A stretch of 61,522 nt of DNA from Alphaproteobacteria bacterium (GCA_046582635.1 JAYGEA010000160.1:1-61522), one strand, 5' to 3'. Shown: positions 48,184 to 58,562, counted from the first letter of the stretch. The notes: generated by a model from the sequence alone, not told the origin. Numbers and translations are program-made.

Positions 48184-49002
48184 CTAGTCCGGTTGCGGCC
48201 AGGCGGGGGCCAATCTGCCGCCCACCCGCAGGGGGGCGATGTAGGTCGCCAGGCCCGTCTTATCATCGGTTTCCACATAGACACCGCAAACCGTGGCCTC
48301 GCCGCTGGCGGGGGCAAACCGGGCGCCGGGCATTTTCCGGGTGAAGCGGCGTATCGGTTCCCCCTTCTCCATGCCGATCACGGAATCGTAGTCGCCGCAC
48401 ATGCCCACATCGCTCATATACGCCGTGCCGCCGGGCAGGATCTGCCCGTCCGCCGTCGGCACATGGGTATGGGTGCCAAAGACGCAACTGACCTTGCCGT
48501 CCAGATAATGGCCGATCGCGGCTTTCTCCGAGGTTGCCTCGGCATGCATATCGACGAAAATGGCGTTCACGCTGCCGCCCAGGGTATGGTTCTTCAAGGC
48601 GCCAAGAGCGGCCGCGAAGGGATCATCCAGGGGGTCCATGAAAATGCGGCCCAGCACCTGCACCACCAGAATTCTGCGCCCGCCGGGCACTTCGTACACC
48701 GCCGACCCTCGCCCCGGCGTGCCCTGGGGCAGGTTGAGGGGGCGGATCAGGCGTTTCTCGCCGTCAATATGCGGGATGATTTCGCGGGCATCCCAGGCGT
48801 GATTGCCCAGCACGATGACATCCGTGCCGGCCTGGTACAGCTGGTCGCAGATCTTGGGCGTGATGCCAAAGCCGTTGGCCGCGTTCTCGCCATTGACGAT
48901 AATGAAATCCAGGGCCAGTTCCGCCCGCAGGCGGGGCAGTTGTTCTATTGCCGCCGTCCGCCCGGCGCGGCCGACCAAATCGCCAAGATAAAGTAATTTC
49001 AC
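48184..49002 (-). CDS. YmdB-like (TIGR00282) metallophosphoesterase
   Basis: MKLLYLGDLVGRAG, VNGENAANGFGI, GNHAWD. Confidence 0.85.
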   Translation of the reverse strand: MKLLYLGDLVGRAGRTAAIEQLPRLRAELALDFIIVNGENAANGFGITPKICDQLYQAGTDVIVLGNHAWDAREIIPHIDGEKRLIRPLNLPQGTPGRGSAVYEVPGGRRILVVQVLGRIFMDPLDDPFAAALGALKNHTLGGSVNAIFVDMHAEATSEKAAIGHYLDGKVSCVFGTHTHVPTADGQILPGGTAYMSDVGMCGDYDSVIGMEKGEPIRRFTRKMPGARFAPASGEATVCGVYVETDDKTGLATYIAPLRVGGRLAPAWPQPD

Positions 49003-49043
49003 ACAGACACTCCTTACCGCCCACTGCCTAACGCTGGAACCGC

Positions 49044-49622
49044 CTAACGCTCGAAACGCTTAGCGCCGCGTTCCGTGACCAGCCAGTCCAGCGGCTCATC
49101 ATTTTCATCACACGGCAGCGCCGGCATTTCCTGCGCCGCGTATCCAAGTCCAACCGCCACCAATTCGGGCCCGGCGTCGCGCAAGCTCCGTATCGTGCGA
49201 TCATAATAACCGCCGCCATAACCCAAACGGAAGCCTTGCCCATTGTAGGCCAAAAACGGCGTGACCACGACTCGTGGCTGTGTTTTTTCGGCTGTCTCAT
49301 GCGGCTCGAATACGTCGAAGGCGCGTTTGATCAGAGGGTCTCCCGGTTTCCAAATACGAAAATCCAGTGGCCGGCCGCGTCCGGTGACCAATGGCAGGGC
49401 TATGGGGTGGTGGTTGGAGGACAGGGCGTACAACAAGGGCCGGCAATCGAATTCATCCGCCAGTGGCCAGTACAATGACACAATGGCGTTGGCTTCAAGC
49501 GGGATGGTCTCGAGAAACCATGCCGCCGCCCGTCCGCCGGCGCTCTCGCGCACCTGCGATGGGATGGCTTGGCGCTTCTTTCGCGCCAGGGCGCGGGCCC
49601 GTGCTTTTTTCTCGCGTTTCAT
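49044..49622 (-). CDS. 5-formyltetrahydrofolate cyclo-ligase
   Basis: Start moved to ATG 49622 (MKREKKARARALARKKRQAI...). IVSLYWPLADEFDCRPL and GYGGGYYDR motifs. Confidence 0.8.
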   Translation of the reverse strand: MKREKKARARALARKKRQAIPSQVRESAGGRAAAWFLETIPLEANAIVSLYWPLADEFDCRPLLYALSSNHHPIALPLVTGRGRPLDFRIWKPGDPLIKRAFDVFEPHETAEKTQPRVVVTPFLAYNGQGFRLGYGGGYYDRTIRSLRDAGPELVAVGLGYAAQEMPALPCDENDEPLDWLVTERGAKRFER

Positions 49623-49630
49623 GAAAATCG

Positions 49631-49810
49631 CCGGTTGCCCAGATTGTGCCGGTCGTGCCAGTTGTGCAGGTGGGACGGACGGGACCGCCAAGCCGCCGAA
49701 ATACCTTGTTCCGCTGTGGCCTGCTTACGCAGGTGGGCGCCGCGATACCAGGACCACGATCCCGACAGAGGCAGCTCCCTTACTAACGGTATTGGCCCAG
49801 GGAACCGTTT
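49631..49810 (-). ncRNA. ssrS: candidate 6S RNA (boundaries approximate)
   Basis: 225-bp non-coding gap between zapA and the 5-FCL gene, the conserved proteobacterial position of ssrS. The minus-strand transcript folds as a long imperfect hairpin. The apex is CCUGC-GUAA-GCAGG (49721-49733). An internal helix is CGGGAUCG/CGGUCCCG (49757-49764 / 49680-49687). A closing helix pairs CGGUUCCCUGGG (49796-49807) with UCUGGGCAACCGG (49631-49643), with bulges. Confidence 0.5.
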
Positions 49811-49847
49811 TTCGTCAAACCAGGCAGAACCCGTCCGAAGGACCTTT

Positions 49848-50168
49848 TTAAGGGTTCTCCAGGCGCGCTGCAATATCTTCGATGCGCTGGCTCAAGCGGT
49901 CCATTTCAACCGGCCCTTGTTGTTCATCGTCCCCTGCCCCGGCGGCTTTCAGATTATCCAGTTCCTGACTGGCTTCGGCCAGCTCATCGGCGACCAGCAA
50001 CGAGGCCATGAGCAACAGCCGCGCCTCGCCGACCTGGCCGACGCTGTCCACCAAACCTTCAACCTGAGTATTGATATAATCGGCCAGGAAGGTCAGGTGC
50101 TTTTCCTCGCCATCCTCGCAGGCGATCAGATAGTCCCGCCCGTTGATTTGCAAATTTACCTGCGCCAT
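49848..50168 (-). CDS. zapA: cell division protein ZapA
   Basis: MAQVNLQINGRDYLIACEDGEEKHL...ARLLLMASLLVADEL. Confidence 0.85.
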   Translation of the reverse strand: MAQVNLQINGRDYLIACEDGEEKHLTFLADYINTQVEGLVDSVGQVGEARLLLMASLLVADELAEASQELDNLKAAGAGDDEQQGPVEMDRLSQRIEDIAARLENP

Positions 50169-50199
50169 GTCCTTCAATCCGACCCCTCGACCGGCCCCG

Positions 50200-50505
50200 C
50201 TATTCGTCCAGCAAGGCGTGCACGGAATTGATCGCGTTGTCCAATCGCGATGAAACCGCGTCCATCGCCGCCTGCAGCGCCGCGCCGTCCGCCTTGGCCT
50301 GGGTCAGCCCCTCGGCCAGGCGGTCGCGATCGGCCCGCGCGGCGTTCAGGTCCGAATCGAGGGCGTCCAGTTCCCGGCGCAGCCCATCCACCTCCCCGGC
50401 GTCCGCGCTGCCCGCGCCGCCCTGTTCGGCGACCCGGCCCAGGGCCGATTCGAGCCGCTGCACGGCTGCCTCCAGTCTTGCTTTTGCGCCAGCATCATCG
50501 GCCAT
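50200..50505 (-). CDS. DUF4164-type coiled-coil protein
   Basis: 101 aa Ala/Leu/Asp-rich heptad-like sequence immediately upstream of zapA, the usual alphaproteobacterial position of DUF4164. Confidence 0.6.
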   Translation of the reverse strand: MADDAGAKARLEAAVQRLESALGRVAEQGGAGSADAGEVDGLRRELDALDSDLNAARADRDRLAEGLTQAKADGAALQAAMDAVSSRLDNAINSVHALLDE

Positions 50506-50829
50506 ATTGAATTCCGTCTTGTTTGAAAAAGGCTTGCCTAGATTCCTTCGTGCCCAAGGTAAAGCCCGCCTCGCCGCCCCGTCAACCTATCCGGTACGCC
50601 ATTGGTACCCAGATGGCGCAGGGAAGATCAATTTGCAACCCATTTCATGCCTATTCACGGTTGACCTTGTTAGGCGAGGGGCTATGTTGGCCGGCAATAC
50701 GGGAGAGGGGATCGCATGCCCTTTTGTCCGTCCACTAGATTGCCTTTCATAGGGCTTGTTCATCCGGTTGCCAGATGCAAACAAAATTGCTGTTACCGAC
50801 CTGATTCAACTGCAAATTCGAGACATCAC

Positions 50830-52854
50830 ATGACATCGAGCGAGATAATGCCGGCGGTCGAGGCCGCGCGCCACGGCGCCATGGCAAACGCCATTCGTTT
50901 TTTGGCGGCCGATGCGGTCCAGGCCGCCAATTCCGGGCATCCCGGCCTGCCCATGGGTGCCGCCGACATGGCGACCGTGCTGTTTTCCCGGTTCCTGAAG
51001 TTTGATCCCAGCCAGCCGCATTGGCCGGACCGGGACCGCTTTGTCCTCTCGGCGGGTCATGGCTCCATGCTGCTCTACAGCGTGCTGCACCTGACCGGCT
51101 ATGAAGATATGGACATGGGCCAGCTGCGCAACTTCCGCCAACTGGGCAGCCATACCGCCGGTCATCCGGAATTCGGCGCCGCCGCGGGGATCGAGACCAC
51201 CACCGGCCCCCTGGGCCAGGGCCTGGCCACCGCCGTCGGCATGGCCATCGCCGAGCGCATGCTGGCCAGCCGCTTCGGCGACGGTTTGATGGATCATTAT
51301 ACCTACGTGCTAGCCGGTGACGGCTGCCTGATGGAAGGTATCAGCCACGAGGCGTCGTCGTTTGCCGGCCATCTGGGCCTGGGCAAACTCATCGTGCTGT
51401 TCGACGACAACCAAATCACCATCGACGGCAGCACCGAGCTGAGCGTCAGCGACGATCAATGCGCCCGTTTCGCGGCCTATGGCTGGGATGTGGCCCGGGT
51501 CGACGGCCATGATCCGGAAGCCCTTGAAAGCGCCATCGCGGCGGCACGGCAAAGCGACCGCCCCTCGTTGATCGCCGCCCGCACGCAAATCGGTTTCGGC
51601 GCGCCGAACAAGGCCGGCACCGCATCCGCCCATGGCAGTCCCCTGGGCGATGACGAGATCGCCGCCGCGCGGGAGGCGCTGGATTGGCCGCACCCATCGT
51701 TCGAGGTGCCCGATGATGTCCTGACGGCCTGGCGGGATGTGGGCGCGCGCGGCGGTGCGGTCCGGGCCGCCTGGGAAGAGCGCCTGGAGGCGTTGGCGCC
51801 GGATGACCGGGCCGTCTTTGACCGTGCCATGGCGGGTGATCTGCCGGCCGGTATCATTGAAGCAATGGCGGACTACCGCAAGGAATTGGCCGAGGAAAAG
51901 CCGCAGTTGGCAACGCGGGCGTCTTCCGGCCGGGCCCTGGCCGTCATCAACAATGTGGTGGCGGAGACGGTTGGCGGTTCGGCCGATCTGACCGGCTCCA
52001 ACAACACCTTGACGCCGGAACTGGGCTTTGTCACGGCGGCGGATTTCTCCGGCCGTTATATTCATTATGGGGTTCGCGAGCACGCCATGGCGGCGGCCAT
52101 GAACGGTCTGGCGCTGCACGGCGGCCTGATCCCCTACAGCGGCGGGTTCCTGATTTTCTCCGATTACGCGCGGGGCGCCATACGCCTGGGCGCCTTGATG
52201 GGTATTCGGGTCATTCATGTGCTGACCCATGACAGCATCGGCCTGGGCGAAGATGGGCCCACGCATCAACCTGTGGAGCATCTGGCGGCACTGCGCGCCA
52301 TGCCGAACCTCTCGGTCTTCCGTCCCGCCGACGCCATGGAAGTGGCCGAATGCTGGGAGCTGGCCCTGGCCGCAAAGGGCGGCCCCTCGGCCTTGGTGCT
52401 GACGCGGCAAGGCCTGCCGGCGGTACGGCTGGAGTATCAGGACGACAATGCCTGCGCCAAGGGCGCCTATGAATTGATCGCCGCCGAGGGAGAGGCAGCG
52501 GTGACCTTGCTGGCCACCGGTTCGGAAGTATCCATCGCCGTGGCGGCGCGCAACCAATTGCAAAGCGGCGGCGTGCCCACCCGCGTGGTCTCCATGCCGT
52601 GCTGGGAATTGTTCGAACAGCAGGATGACGACTATCGCCGCGAAACCCTGGGCCTGGATACGGTGCGCATCGGCATCGAGGCGGCGGTGGCAATGGGCTG
52701 GGACCGCTATTTGGGCCCGGACGGCGGCTTCGTCGGCATGACGGGCTTTGGCGCCTCGGCGCCGGCGAAGGATCTGTTTAAACATTTCGGCATTACCGCC
52801 GAGGCGGTGGTTGAACTGGCCAAGGCGAAACTGGCCGAACTTCAGGACGCATAG
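50830..52854 (+). CDS. tkt: transketolase
   Basis: Start moved to ATG 50830 ([11 protein letters not shown]...). [41 protein letters not shown]. Confidence 0.95.
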   Translation: MTSSEIMPAVEAARHGAMANAIRFLAADAVQAANSGHPGLPMGAADMATVLFSRFLKFDPSQPHWPDRDRFVLSAGHGSMLLYSVLHLTGYEDMDMGQLRNFRQLGSHTAGHPEFGAAAGIETTTGPLGQGLATAVGMAIAERMLASRFGDGLMDHYTYVLAGDGCLMEGISHEASSFAGHLGLGKLIVLFDDNQITIDGSTELSVSDDQCARFAAYGWDVARVDGHDPEALESAIAAARQSDRPSLIAARTQIGFGAPNKAGTASAHGSPLGDDEIAAAREALDWPHPSFEVPDDVLTAWRDVGARGGAVRAAWEERLEALAPDDRAVFDRAMAGDLPAGIIEAMADYRKELAEEKPQLATRASSGRALAVINNVVAETVGGSADLTGSNNTLTPELGFVTAADFSGRYIHYGVREHAMAAAMNGLALHGGLIPYSGGFLIFSDYARGAIRLGALMGIRVIHVLTHDSIGLGEDGPTHQPVEHLAALRAMPNLSVFRPADAMEVAECWELALAAKGGPSALVLTRQGLPAVRLEYQDDNACAKGAYELIAAEGEAAVTLLATGSEVSIAVAARNQLQSGGVPTRVVSMPCWELFEQQDDDYRRETLGLDTVRIGIEAAVAMGWDRYLGPDGGFVGMTGFGASAPAKDLFKHFGITAEAVVELAKAKLAELQDA

Positions 52855-52864
52855 GAGAGCGCAA

Positions 52865-53869
52865 ATGGTTGTACGGGTAGGGATCAACGGTTTCGGACGC
52901 ATTGGCCGCCTGGTGCTGCGCGCCATCGCGGAATCCGGGCGCAAGGATATTCAGGTGGTCGGCGTCAATGACCTTGGGCCGATCGAAACCAATGCCCACC
53001 TGTTGCGCTACGATTCCGTGCATGGTGCCTTTCCCGGCAAGGTGCGGACCACCAAAGCCGGCATGAACGTGAACGGCGGTGCCATTCGCGTCACGGCGGA
53101 GCGGGACCCGGCCAACCTGCCCTGGGGCAAGCTGGAGGTTGACGTGGCCTTGGAGTGCACAGGCATCTTCACGGCACGGGAAAAGGCCGCCGCCCATTTG
53201 GCGGCCGGCGCCAAAAAAGTGCTGATTTCGGCTCCCTCGGGCGATGCGGACCTGACCGTGGTCTTTGGCGTCAACCACAACAAGCTGCGCAAGGCGCACA
53301 AAGTGGTCTCCAATGCCTCGTGCACCACCAACTGCCTGGCCCCGGTCGCCTTCGTGCTAAACCAGGCCATGGGGATCGAGCACGGCTATATGACCACCAT
53401 TCATTCCTTCACCGGCGACCAACCCGTGCTGGACACCTTGCATGGTGATCTGCGCCGGGCCCGTTCGGCGGTGATGTCCATGATCCCCACCTCCACCGGT
53501 GCCGCCAAGGCGGTGGGCCTGGTGCTGCCGGAATTGGCGGGCAAGTTGGACGGCACCTCGATCCGGGTGCCGACGCCGAATGTCTCGGTGGTGGACTTCA
53601 AATTCCGCAGCAAGAAGAAAACCTCCATCGAGGCCGTGAACGGGGCCATCGTGAAAGCGGCGGGCGGCAAGCTGAAGGGCATTCTGGAAACTTCGGAGGC
53701 ACCGACCGTCTCCATCGATTACAACCACAATCAGGCCTCTTCCACCTTCGATCTGACCCAGACCCAGGTGATCGACGGCCGTTTCGTGCGCATCCTGGCC
53801 TGGTATGACAACGAATGGGGCTTCTCCAACCGCATGAGTGACACCGCTGTCGCCCTGGCCAAGGTTTAA
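52865..53869 (+). CDS. gap: type I glyceraldehyde-3-phosphate dehydrogenase
   Basis: Start ATG 52865 ([15 protein letters not shown]). Active site [12 protein letters not shown]. Confidence 0.97.
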   Translation: MVVRVGINGFGRIGRLVLRAIAESGRKDIQVVGVNDLGPIETNAHLLRYDSVHGAFPGKVRTTKAGMNVNGGAIRVTAERDPANLPWGKLEVDVALECTGIFTAREKAAAHLAAGAKKVLISAPSGDADLTVVFGVNHNKLRKAHKVVSNASCTTNCLAPVAFVLNQAMGIEHGYMTTIHSFTGDQPVLDTLHGDLRRARSAVMSMIPTSTGAAKAVGLVLPELAGKLDGTSIRVPTPNVSVVDFKFRSKKKTSIEAVNGAIVKAAGGKLKGILETSEAPTVSIDYNHNQASSTFDLTQTQVIDGRFVRILAWYDNEWGFSNRMSDTAVALAKV

Positions 53870-53880
53870 GCACCATAACC

Positions 53881-55056
53881 ATGCGGGTCCTGGATGATCT
53901 GTCCCTGACCGGCGCGCGGGTGCTGGTGCGGGTTGATCTGAACGTACCCATGCGGGACGGCCGGGTCAGTGACGGTACCCGGATCGACCGCGCCGTCCCG
54001 ACCCTGTCCGAACTGGCGGATAGGGGCGCCAAGGTCATCGTGTTGTCGCATTTCGGCCGCCCGAAAGGCCAGGCCGTGGCGGCCATGTCGTTGCAGCCAC
54101 TGACCGCTCCCCTGGGCGCGGCATTGGGCCGGATGGTTGCCTTCTCGGACCTGGACGGTGCGGCGGATGCCGTCGCCAAAATGGCCGGCGGTGAGGTCTT
54201 GTTGATGGAAAACCTGCGCTTCGATCCGGGCGAGGAAGCCAACGACGGCGAATTCGCCCGCCGCCTGGCCGCCCTGGGCGATCTGTACGTCAACGATGCT
54301 TTTTCCTGCGCCCATCGGGCCCATGCCTCGACCGAAGCCCTGGCGCATCTGCTGCCCAGCGCGGCGGGCCGCGCCATGCAGGCTGAATTGACCGCCCTGG
54401 AAGCGGCCCTGACGAACCCGGCGCGGCCCGTGGCGGCCCTGGTCGGCGGGGCCAAGGTGTCCTCCAAACTGGCGGTGTTGGGTCACCTGCTGGACAAGGT
54501 GGATCAGTTGATCATCGGCGGCGGCATGGCCAATACATTCCTCCATGCCAAGGGCGTCAATGTGGGCGCCTCGTTGTGTCAAAAAGATCTGGCCGATACG
54601 GCGCGGCGGATCATGGCGCGGGCGGAAACGGCGGGCTGCGAGATCGTGCTGCCCGTGGACGTGGTCCTGGCTCGTGAGTTCAAGGCCGGCGCCGACAGCG
54701 CCACGGTGTCCGTGGACAAGGTGCCGGACGGCATGATGATCCTGGATGTGGGCCCGACCAGCGTGCGGAACTTGACCGACCGTCTGCAAGGCTGCCGGAC
54801 CCTGTTGTGGAACGGTCCCATGGGCGCCTTTGAAATCGCGCCGTTCGATGATGGCACCGTTAAGGTAGCGCAGGCGGCGGCGGCGCTGACCAAGGCCGGC
54901 AAGCTTGTTTCCGTCGCGGGCGGCGGCGATACGGTGGCGGCCCTGCGCCATGCCGGCGCGGCGGACGGTTTCACCTATGTCTCCACCGCCGGCGGCGCCT
55001 TCCTTGAATGGCTGGAAGGCAAGGTCCTGCCGGGTATCAAGGCCCTGGAAGACTGA
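53881..55056 (+). CDS. pgk: phosphoglycerate kinase
   Basis: [23 protein letters not shown]. Confidence 0.97.
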   Translation: MRVLDDLSLTGARVLVRVDLNVPMRDGRVSDGTRIDRAVPTLSELADRGAKVIVLSHFGRPKGQAVAAMSLQPLTAPLGAALGRMVAFSDLDGAADAVAKMAGGEVLLMENLRFDPGEEANDGEFARRLAALGDLYVNDAFSCAHRAHASTEALAHLLPSAAGRAMQAELTALEAALTNPARPVAALVGGAKVSSKLAVLGHLLDKVDQLIIGGGMANTFLHAKGVNVGASLCQKDLADTARRIMARAETAGCEIVLPVDVVLAREFKAGADSATVSVDKVPDGMMILDVGPTSVRNLTDRLQGCRTLLWNGPMGAFEIAPFDDGTVKVAQAAAALTKAGKLVSVAGGGDTVAALRHAGAADGFTYVSTAGGAFLEWLEGKVLPGIKALED

Positions 55057-55081
55057 TATCGTTTCGGATAATGACGGGGTC

Positions 55082-55444
55082 ATGTCCGCGAACATTTTTC
55101 ACAATCTGCAACAAGCCCAACGCGCCGTGGCGGCGGCCGTTGAAGACGGCCGTCCCATCACCTTGCTGACCGCGCCGGGGGCGGCGGCCTATGGCGGGCC
55201 GGGATTTTTTCTGGCCATGGTCGAGGCCGCGCGAGAATGTCACCCGGAGGCCATGGTCACGGCGATCCTGGACTGCGGCGATGACGCTGCACTGGCGCAA
55301 TTGGCCCTGCGCCTGGGTTGGCGCCATGTGGTCCTGGCCGGCCCGGCGGCGGTTCGGGAAAAGCTGCAACAGATTGCCGAACACCATGGGGGCGTGGTTA
55401 TGGCGCAACCACCGCCCGCCATGGACCCCGGCGCGGATCAGTAG
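55082..55444 (+). CDS. hypothetical protein (120 aa) between pgk and fba
   Basis: ATG 55082, in frame with the listed 54905..55444 ORF. Good coding look (Ala/Leu-rich, no low complexity), but no family recognised. Confidence 0.5.
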   Translation: MSANIFHNLQQAQRAVAAAVEDGRPITLLTAPGAAAYGGPGFFLAMVEAARECHPEAMVTAILDCGDDAALAQLALRLGWRHVVLAGPAAVREKLQQIAEHHGGVVMAQPPPAMDPGADQ

Positions 55445-55507
55445 CGTTGCGGCCGGGAAGCCCTTAGGATGAGCCTATGGTGAAAGCTGCGAAATGGGAG
55501 CTTCAAG

Positions 55508-56551
55508 ATGGCCAAACTGGATATCGTTGCTAACGCCGCGCGCATGGTCGCGCCGGGAAAAGGCATCCTGGCGGCGGATGAGAGTACCGGCACTATTGAA
55601 AAACGTCTGAGTGGTATTGACGTCCCCTCGACCGAGGCGAACCGGCGTGATTACCGCCAGCTACTGTTTACCACCCCCGGCGCGGAGGCCCATATCTCGG
55701 GCGTCATACTGTTCGACGAGACCTTGCGCCAGGCGGGCGGCGACGGCGTGCAGTTTGCCAAACTGCTGTGGGACAAGGGCATCCTGCCGGGCATCAAGGT
55801 GGATGCGGGCGCCAAGGATCTGGCCGGATCACCGGGCGAAAAGGTCACCGAGGGTCTGGACGGCCTGCGCGAACGTTTGGCGGAGTATGTGGGGCTGGGC
55901 GCGGCCTTCACCAAGTGGCGGGCGGTGATCGAAATTGGCGCGGGCCTGCCGAGCCAAGCCTGTCTGCAGGCCAACGCCCACGCCCTGGCCCGTTACGCGG
56001 CACTTTCGCAAGAGGCCGGTCTGGTGCCCATCGTGGAGCCGGAGGTCTTGATGGACGGTGATCATGATATGGATCGCTGCGCGGACGTGACCGAGGCGGC
56101 CCTGCAGCTCACCTTCCAGGAACTTTTCAAGCAGAATGTTCTGTTGGAAGGCATGATATTGAAGCCCAACATGGTGCTGGCGGGCAAGAGCTGCGCCCAG
56201 CAGAACAGCGTCGAAGAGGTGGCCGCCAGGACGGTCGAGGTGCTGGGGCGCCAGGTGCCCGCCGCCGTGCCGGGTATTGCCTTCCTCTCGGGCGGGCAGT
56301 CCGAACAGGAGGCCACGGCACATTTGAATGCCATGAATCAATTGGGGAACAGTTTGGGCCCCAAATTGGATCCATTGCCATGGCAGTTGAGTTTCTCCTA
56401 TGGACGTGCTTTGCAGGCCTCCGCCTTGCAGGCGTGGCGGGGCCGGGCGGACAATGTGGAGGCGGCGCAGGCGGCCTTTGCCCACCGCGCCAAGATGAAC
56501 GGATTGGCCCGCGGTGGCGCATACGATGCGAAGATGGAACAGGAAATTTAG
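55508..56551 (+). CDS. fba: class I fructose-bisphosphate aldolase
   Basis: GKGILAADESTGT, class I Schiff-base family pattern (LEGMILKPNMV). Confidence 0.9.
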   Translation: MAKLDIVANAARMVAPGKGILAADESTGTIEKRLSGIDVPSTEANRRDYRQLLFTTPGAEAHISGVILFDETLRQAGGDGVQFAKLLWDKGILPGIKVDAGAKDLAGSPGEKVTEGLDGLRERLAEYVGLGAAFTKWRAVIEIGAGLPSQACLQANAHALARYAALSQEAGLVPIVEPEVLMDGDHDMDRCADVTEAALQLTFQELFKQNVLLEGMILKPNMVLAGKSCAQQNSVEEVAARTVEVLGRQVPAAVPGIAFLSGGQSEQEATAHLNAMNQLGNSLGPKLDPLPWQLSFSYGRALQASALQAWRGRADNVEAAQAAFAHRAKMNGLARGGAYDAKMEQEI

Positions 56552-56554
56552 TGC

Positions 56555-57196
56555 ATGAGTGAAGACGCGGATCGTTGCCGCCTGTATCTGATTACCCCGC
56601 CGCGGTTTGAGCCGTCAGCCTTTGCCGAGGCTTTGCGCGCCGCCCTGGATGGCGGCGATGTGGCCTGCCTGCAATTGCGCCTGAAGGATGTGGACGACGA
56701 TGCCGTCCGCCGGGCGACGGAGGTGCTGCTGCCCATTGCCCAGGACCATGATGTGGCCTTTCTGATCAACGACCGCCCCGATCTGGCCGCCGAACTGGGC
56801 GCGGACGGCTGTCATGTGGGCCAGGACGACACTCCTTTTGGCGAGGCCCGTTCGATCCTTGGCGCGGACCATATCGTTGGCGTGACCTGCCATGCCTCGC
56901 GCCATCTGGCCATGGAGGCGGCACAGGCCGGCGCCGATTATGTCGCCTTCGGCGCCTTTTTCGCGACGGATACCAAACAGGCTTCGGCCACGGCGGAGGT
57001 GGCCATGCTTGAGTGGTGGTCGGAATTGTTTGAAGTGCCGTGCGTGGCCATTGGCGGCATTACGGTGGCCAATTGCCCGCCGCTTGTTGCCGCCGGCGCG
57101 GATTTCCTTTCCGTCGTGGCTGGTGTATGGAGCTACCCGGAAGGTCCCGCCGCCGCCGTGCGGGATTTTAACAAGGTAATGGTGGAGTCCACATGA
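56555..57196 (+). CDS. thiE: thiamine-phosphate synthase
   Basis: RLYLITP, LQLRLKD, GVTCH, VAIGGI. Confidence 0.9.
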   Translation: MSEDADRCRLYLITPPRFEPSAFAEALRAALDGGDVACLQLRLKDVDDDAVRRATEVLLPIAQDHDVAFLINDRPDLAAELGADGCHVGQDDTPFGEARSILGADHIVGVTCHASRHLAMEAAQAGADYVAFGAFFATDTKQASATAEVAMLEWWSELFEVPCVAIGGITVANCPPLVAAGADFLSVVAGVWSYPEGPAAAVRDFNKVMVEST

Positions 57197-57630
57197 ACGC
57201 GTATGTGAAAGAACCGCAAATGGCCCTTCGTTTGATCGAAGTGGGTCTGACCGTGGCCGGCATAGTTGCCGTCATCACACCACTGGCATTGTGGGCGTCC
57301 TGGTCCGTGACGGTATTTTATACGGTTCTGTTGGTTGGTTGCGGCGCTTTTTTTGTTTTCATCGGACTGGCCAAGGTTCGCGGCTATCTGACGGGAGAGG
57401 ATATTACGGGCACGGATATCCTGGGCCTCGAGGCGGTGCGCCGGCGCCAGCAGGATTGGGACCGCCTGCGGGAAGATGACCGCGAAACAGGGCGCCGCCA
57501 ACGCTCCATCGCGGGTGATGCCAGACGCGAGGTCGGCTTCATGTTCCGCGTTAGTTTTGGCCTGATACTGATCGTCGGCGTGCTCTTCACCGCTGTATGG
57601 GCGGGATTCGAGATGTATTACGGCGTCTAA
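57193..57630 (+). CDS. hypothetical membrane protein (3 predicted TM segments, charged central loop)
   Basis: ATGA overlap with thiE. Hydrophobic stretches [39 protein letters not shown] and [18 protein letters not shown]. Confidence 0.5.
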   Translation: MNAYVKEPQMALRLIEVGLTVAGIVAVITPLALWASWSVTVFYTVLLVGCGAFFVFIGLAKVRGYLTGEDITGTDILGLEAVRRRQQDWDRLREDDRETGRRQRSIAGDARREVGFMFRVSFGLILIVGVLFTAVWAGFEMYYGV

Positions 57631-57651
57631 CTATATTCGAGATTGAACTAC

Positions 57652-57734
57652 CCACCCGCTCCCCCTGTCCGATCCACCCACAGGGTACCATTAATGGGTG
57701 CCAATAGGGTCCGGGGGGCAGGGGGAGCGGGTGG
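57652..57734. repeat. perfect 16-bp inverted repeat with a 51-nt loop, flanked by direct repeats (MITE/REP-like element or large bidirectional terminator)
   Basis: ccacccgctccccctg (57652-57667) pairs with cagggggagcgggtgg (57719-57734). Flanking direct repeats are attcga-g-attgaacta (57635-57650) and attcga-tgaaaattgaa-attgaacta (57742-57767). Lies between convergent genes. Confidence 0.6.
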
Positions 57735-57775
57735 CCCGGCGATTCGATGAAAATTGAAATTGAACTAAGACAGTT

Positions 57776-58510
57776 TCAAAAGTTTTGACTGCGGACGGCC
57801 TTGCGCTGCCGGCTCAGGGTATTGCGGCCCCGGCGGATGGTAACCCGCATAGCCCGTTCGGCGGCGCGCCGGTTGCGCTGGCGGATACCATCGAACACCT
57901 GATAGTGGGATTCCAGGCTTTCCCGCAAGGGGATGCGGACTGTCTTCTGCAAACTGAAACTTAGCCCCAGAACGGTGCCGATGATGCCGGCCAGACGCTG
58001 AACCAACTGGTTGTGGGAGGCGTTCAGCACCGCCAGGTGAAAATCCACATCCGCCACATAGAAGCCTTCATAATCATCCACCGAGGCTTCCATGCGCAAA
58101 TACGCCGCCTCGATCCGGGTTAGGTCGTCCGAGGTGGCCCGGTCGGCGGCCAGTTTGGCGGCGACGGGTTCAATCAGCTCCCGCAATTCCACCAGGTCGG
58201 CGGTGAAGGATTCGCTGATGTTCTCGGGCAAATGCCAGGACAGCACATCCACGTCCAGCAGATCCCAATCGCTGCGCGGGCGTACCCGGGTGCCCGCCCG
58301 TTGTCGGGATTCAATCAGGCCCTTTGACGACAAGACCTTCATGGCTTCCCGCAGGGCGGTGCGCGAGGCCTGGAAACGGGCATCGAGCATCGCGTGGTTG
58401 AATATTCCGACGATTACACCGTGATCGAAATTACCATTCCGGCTGATTTCGAAACCAATTCCATTGCCCCATAGGGGCGTCGTATCTGGCGCCCCGTAGG
58501 GGCGTCGCAT
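57776..58510 (-). CDS. GntR-family (FadR/FCD subfamily) transcriptional regulator
   Basis: wHTH FQASRTALREAMKVLSSKGLIESRQRAGTRV plus a C-terminal FCD-type helical domain. Start set at ATG 58510 (244 aa); ATG 58522 is equally possible. The 362-aa track ORF is an antisense-extended artefact. Confidence 0.75.
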   Translation of the reverse strand: MRRPYGAPDTTPLWGNGIGFEISRNGNFDHGVIVGIFNHAMLDARFQASRTALREAMKVLSSKGLIESRQRAGTRVRPRSDWDLLDVDVLSWHLPENISESFTADLVELRELIEPVAAKLAADRATSDDLTRIEAAYLRMEASVDDYEGFYVADVDFHLAVLNASHNQLVQRLAGIIGTVLGLSFSLQKTVRIPLRESLESHYQVFDGIRQRNRRAAERAMRVTIRRGRNTLSRQRKAVRSQNF

Positions 58511-58530
58511 CTGGCGCCCCATGAGGGGCG
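58473..58530. repeat. 2.3 tandem copies of a 25-nt unit, each carrying a GGGGCG/CGCCCC inverted repeat
   Basis: aggggcgtcgtatctggcgccccgt (58473-58497), aggggcgtcgcatctggcgccccat (58498-58522), gaggggcg (58523-58530). The unit length is not a multiple of 3. It overlaps the regulator's 5' end and the divergent promoter region. Confidence 0.7.
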
Positions 58531-58562
58531 CATTCGAAGACGACAACCAGGGAGGTTCCGAT

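Noticed and set aside
49623-49691. N-terminal extension of the 5-FCL ORF (the 215-aa version starting at 49691).
   Set aside because: The extension (MAVPSVPPAQLARPAQSGQPAIF) is not family-like and overlaps the candidate 6S RNA. ATG 49622 gives a normal 192-aa enzyme.
56540-56560. TPP riboswitch upstream of thiE (and upstream of thiD at about 30108).
   Set aside because: thiE starts 3 nt after fba, and thiD starts immediately after the glmM stop. There is no leader long enough for a riboswitch.
58473-58530. CRISPR-like array.
   Set aside because: Only about 2.3 directly abutting 25-nt copies, no spacers, and no cas genes anywhere in the window.
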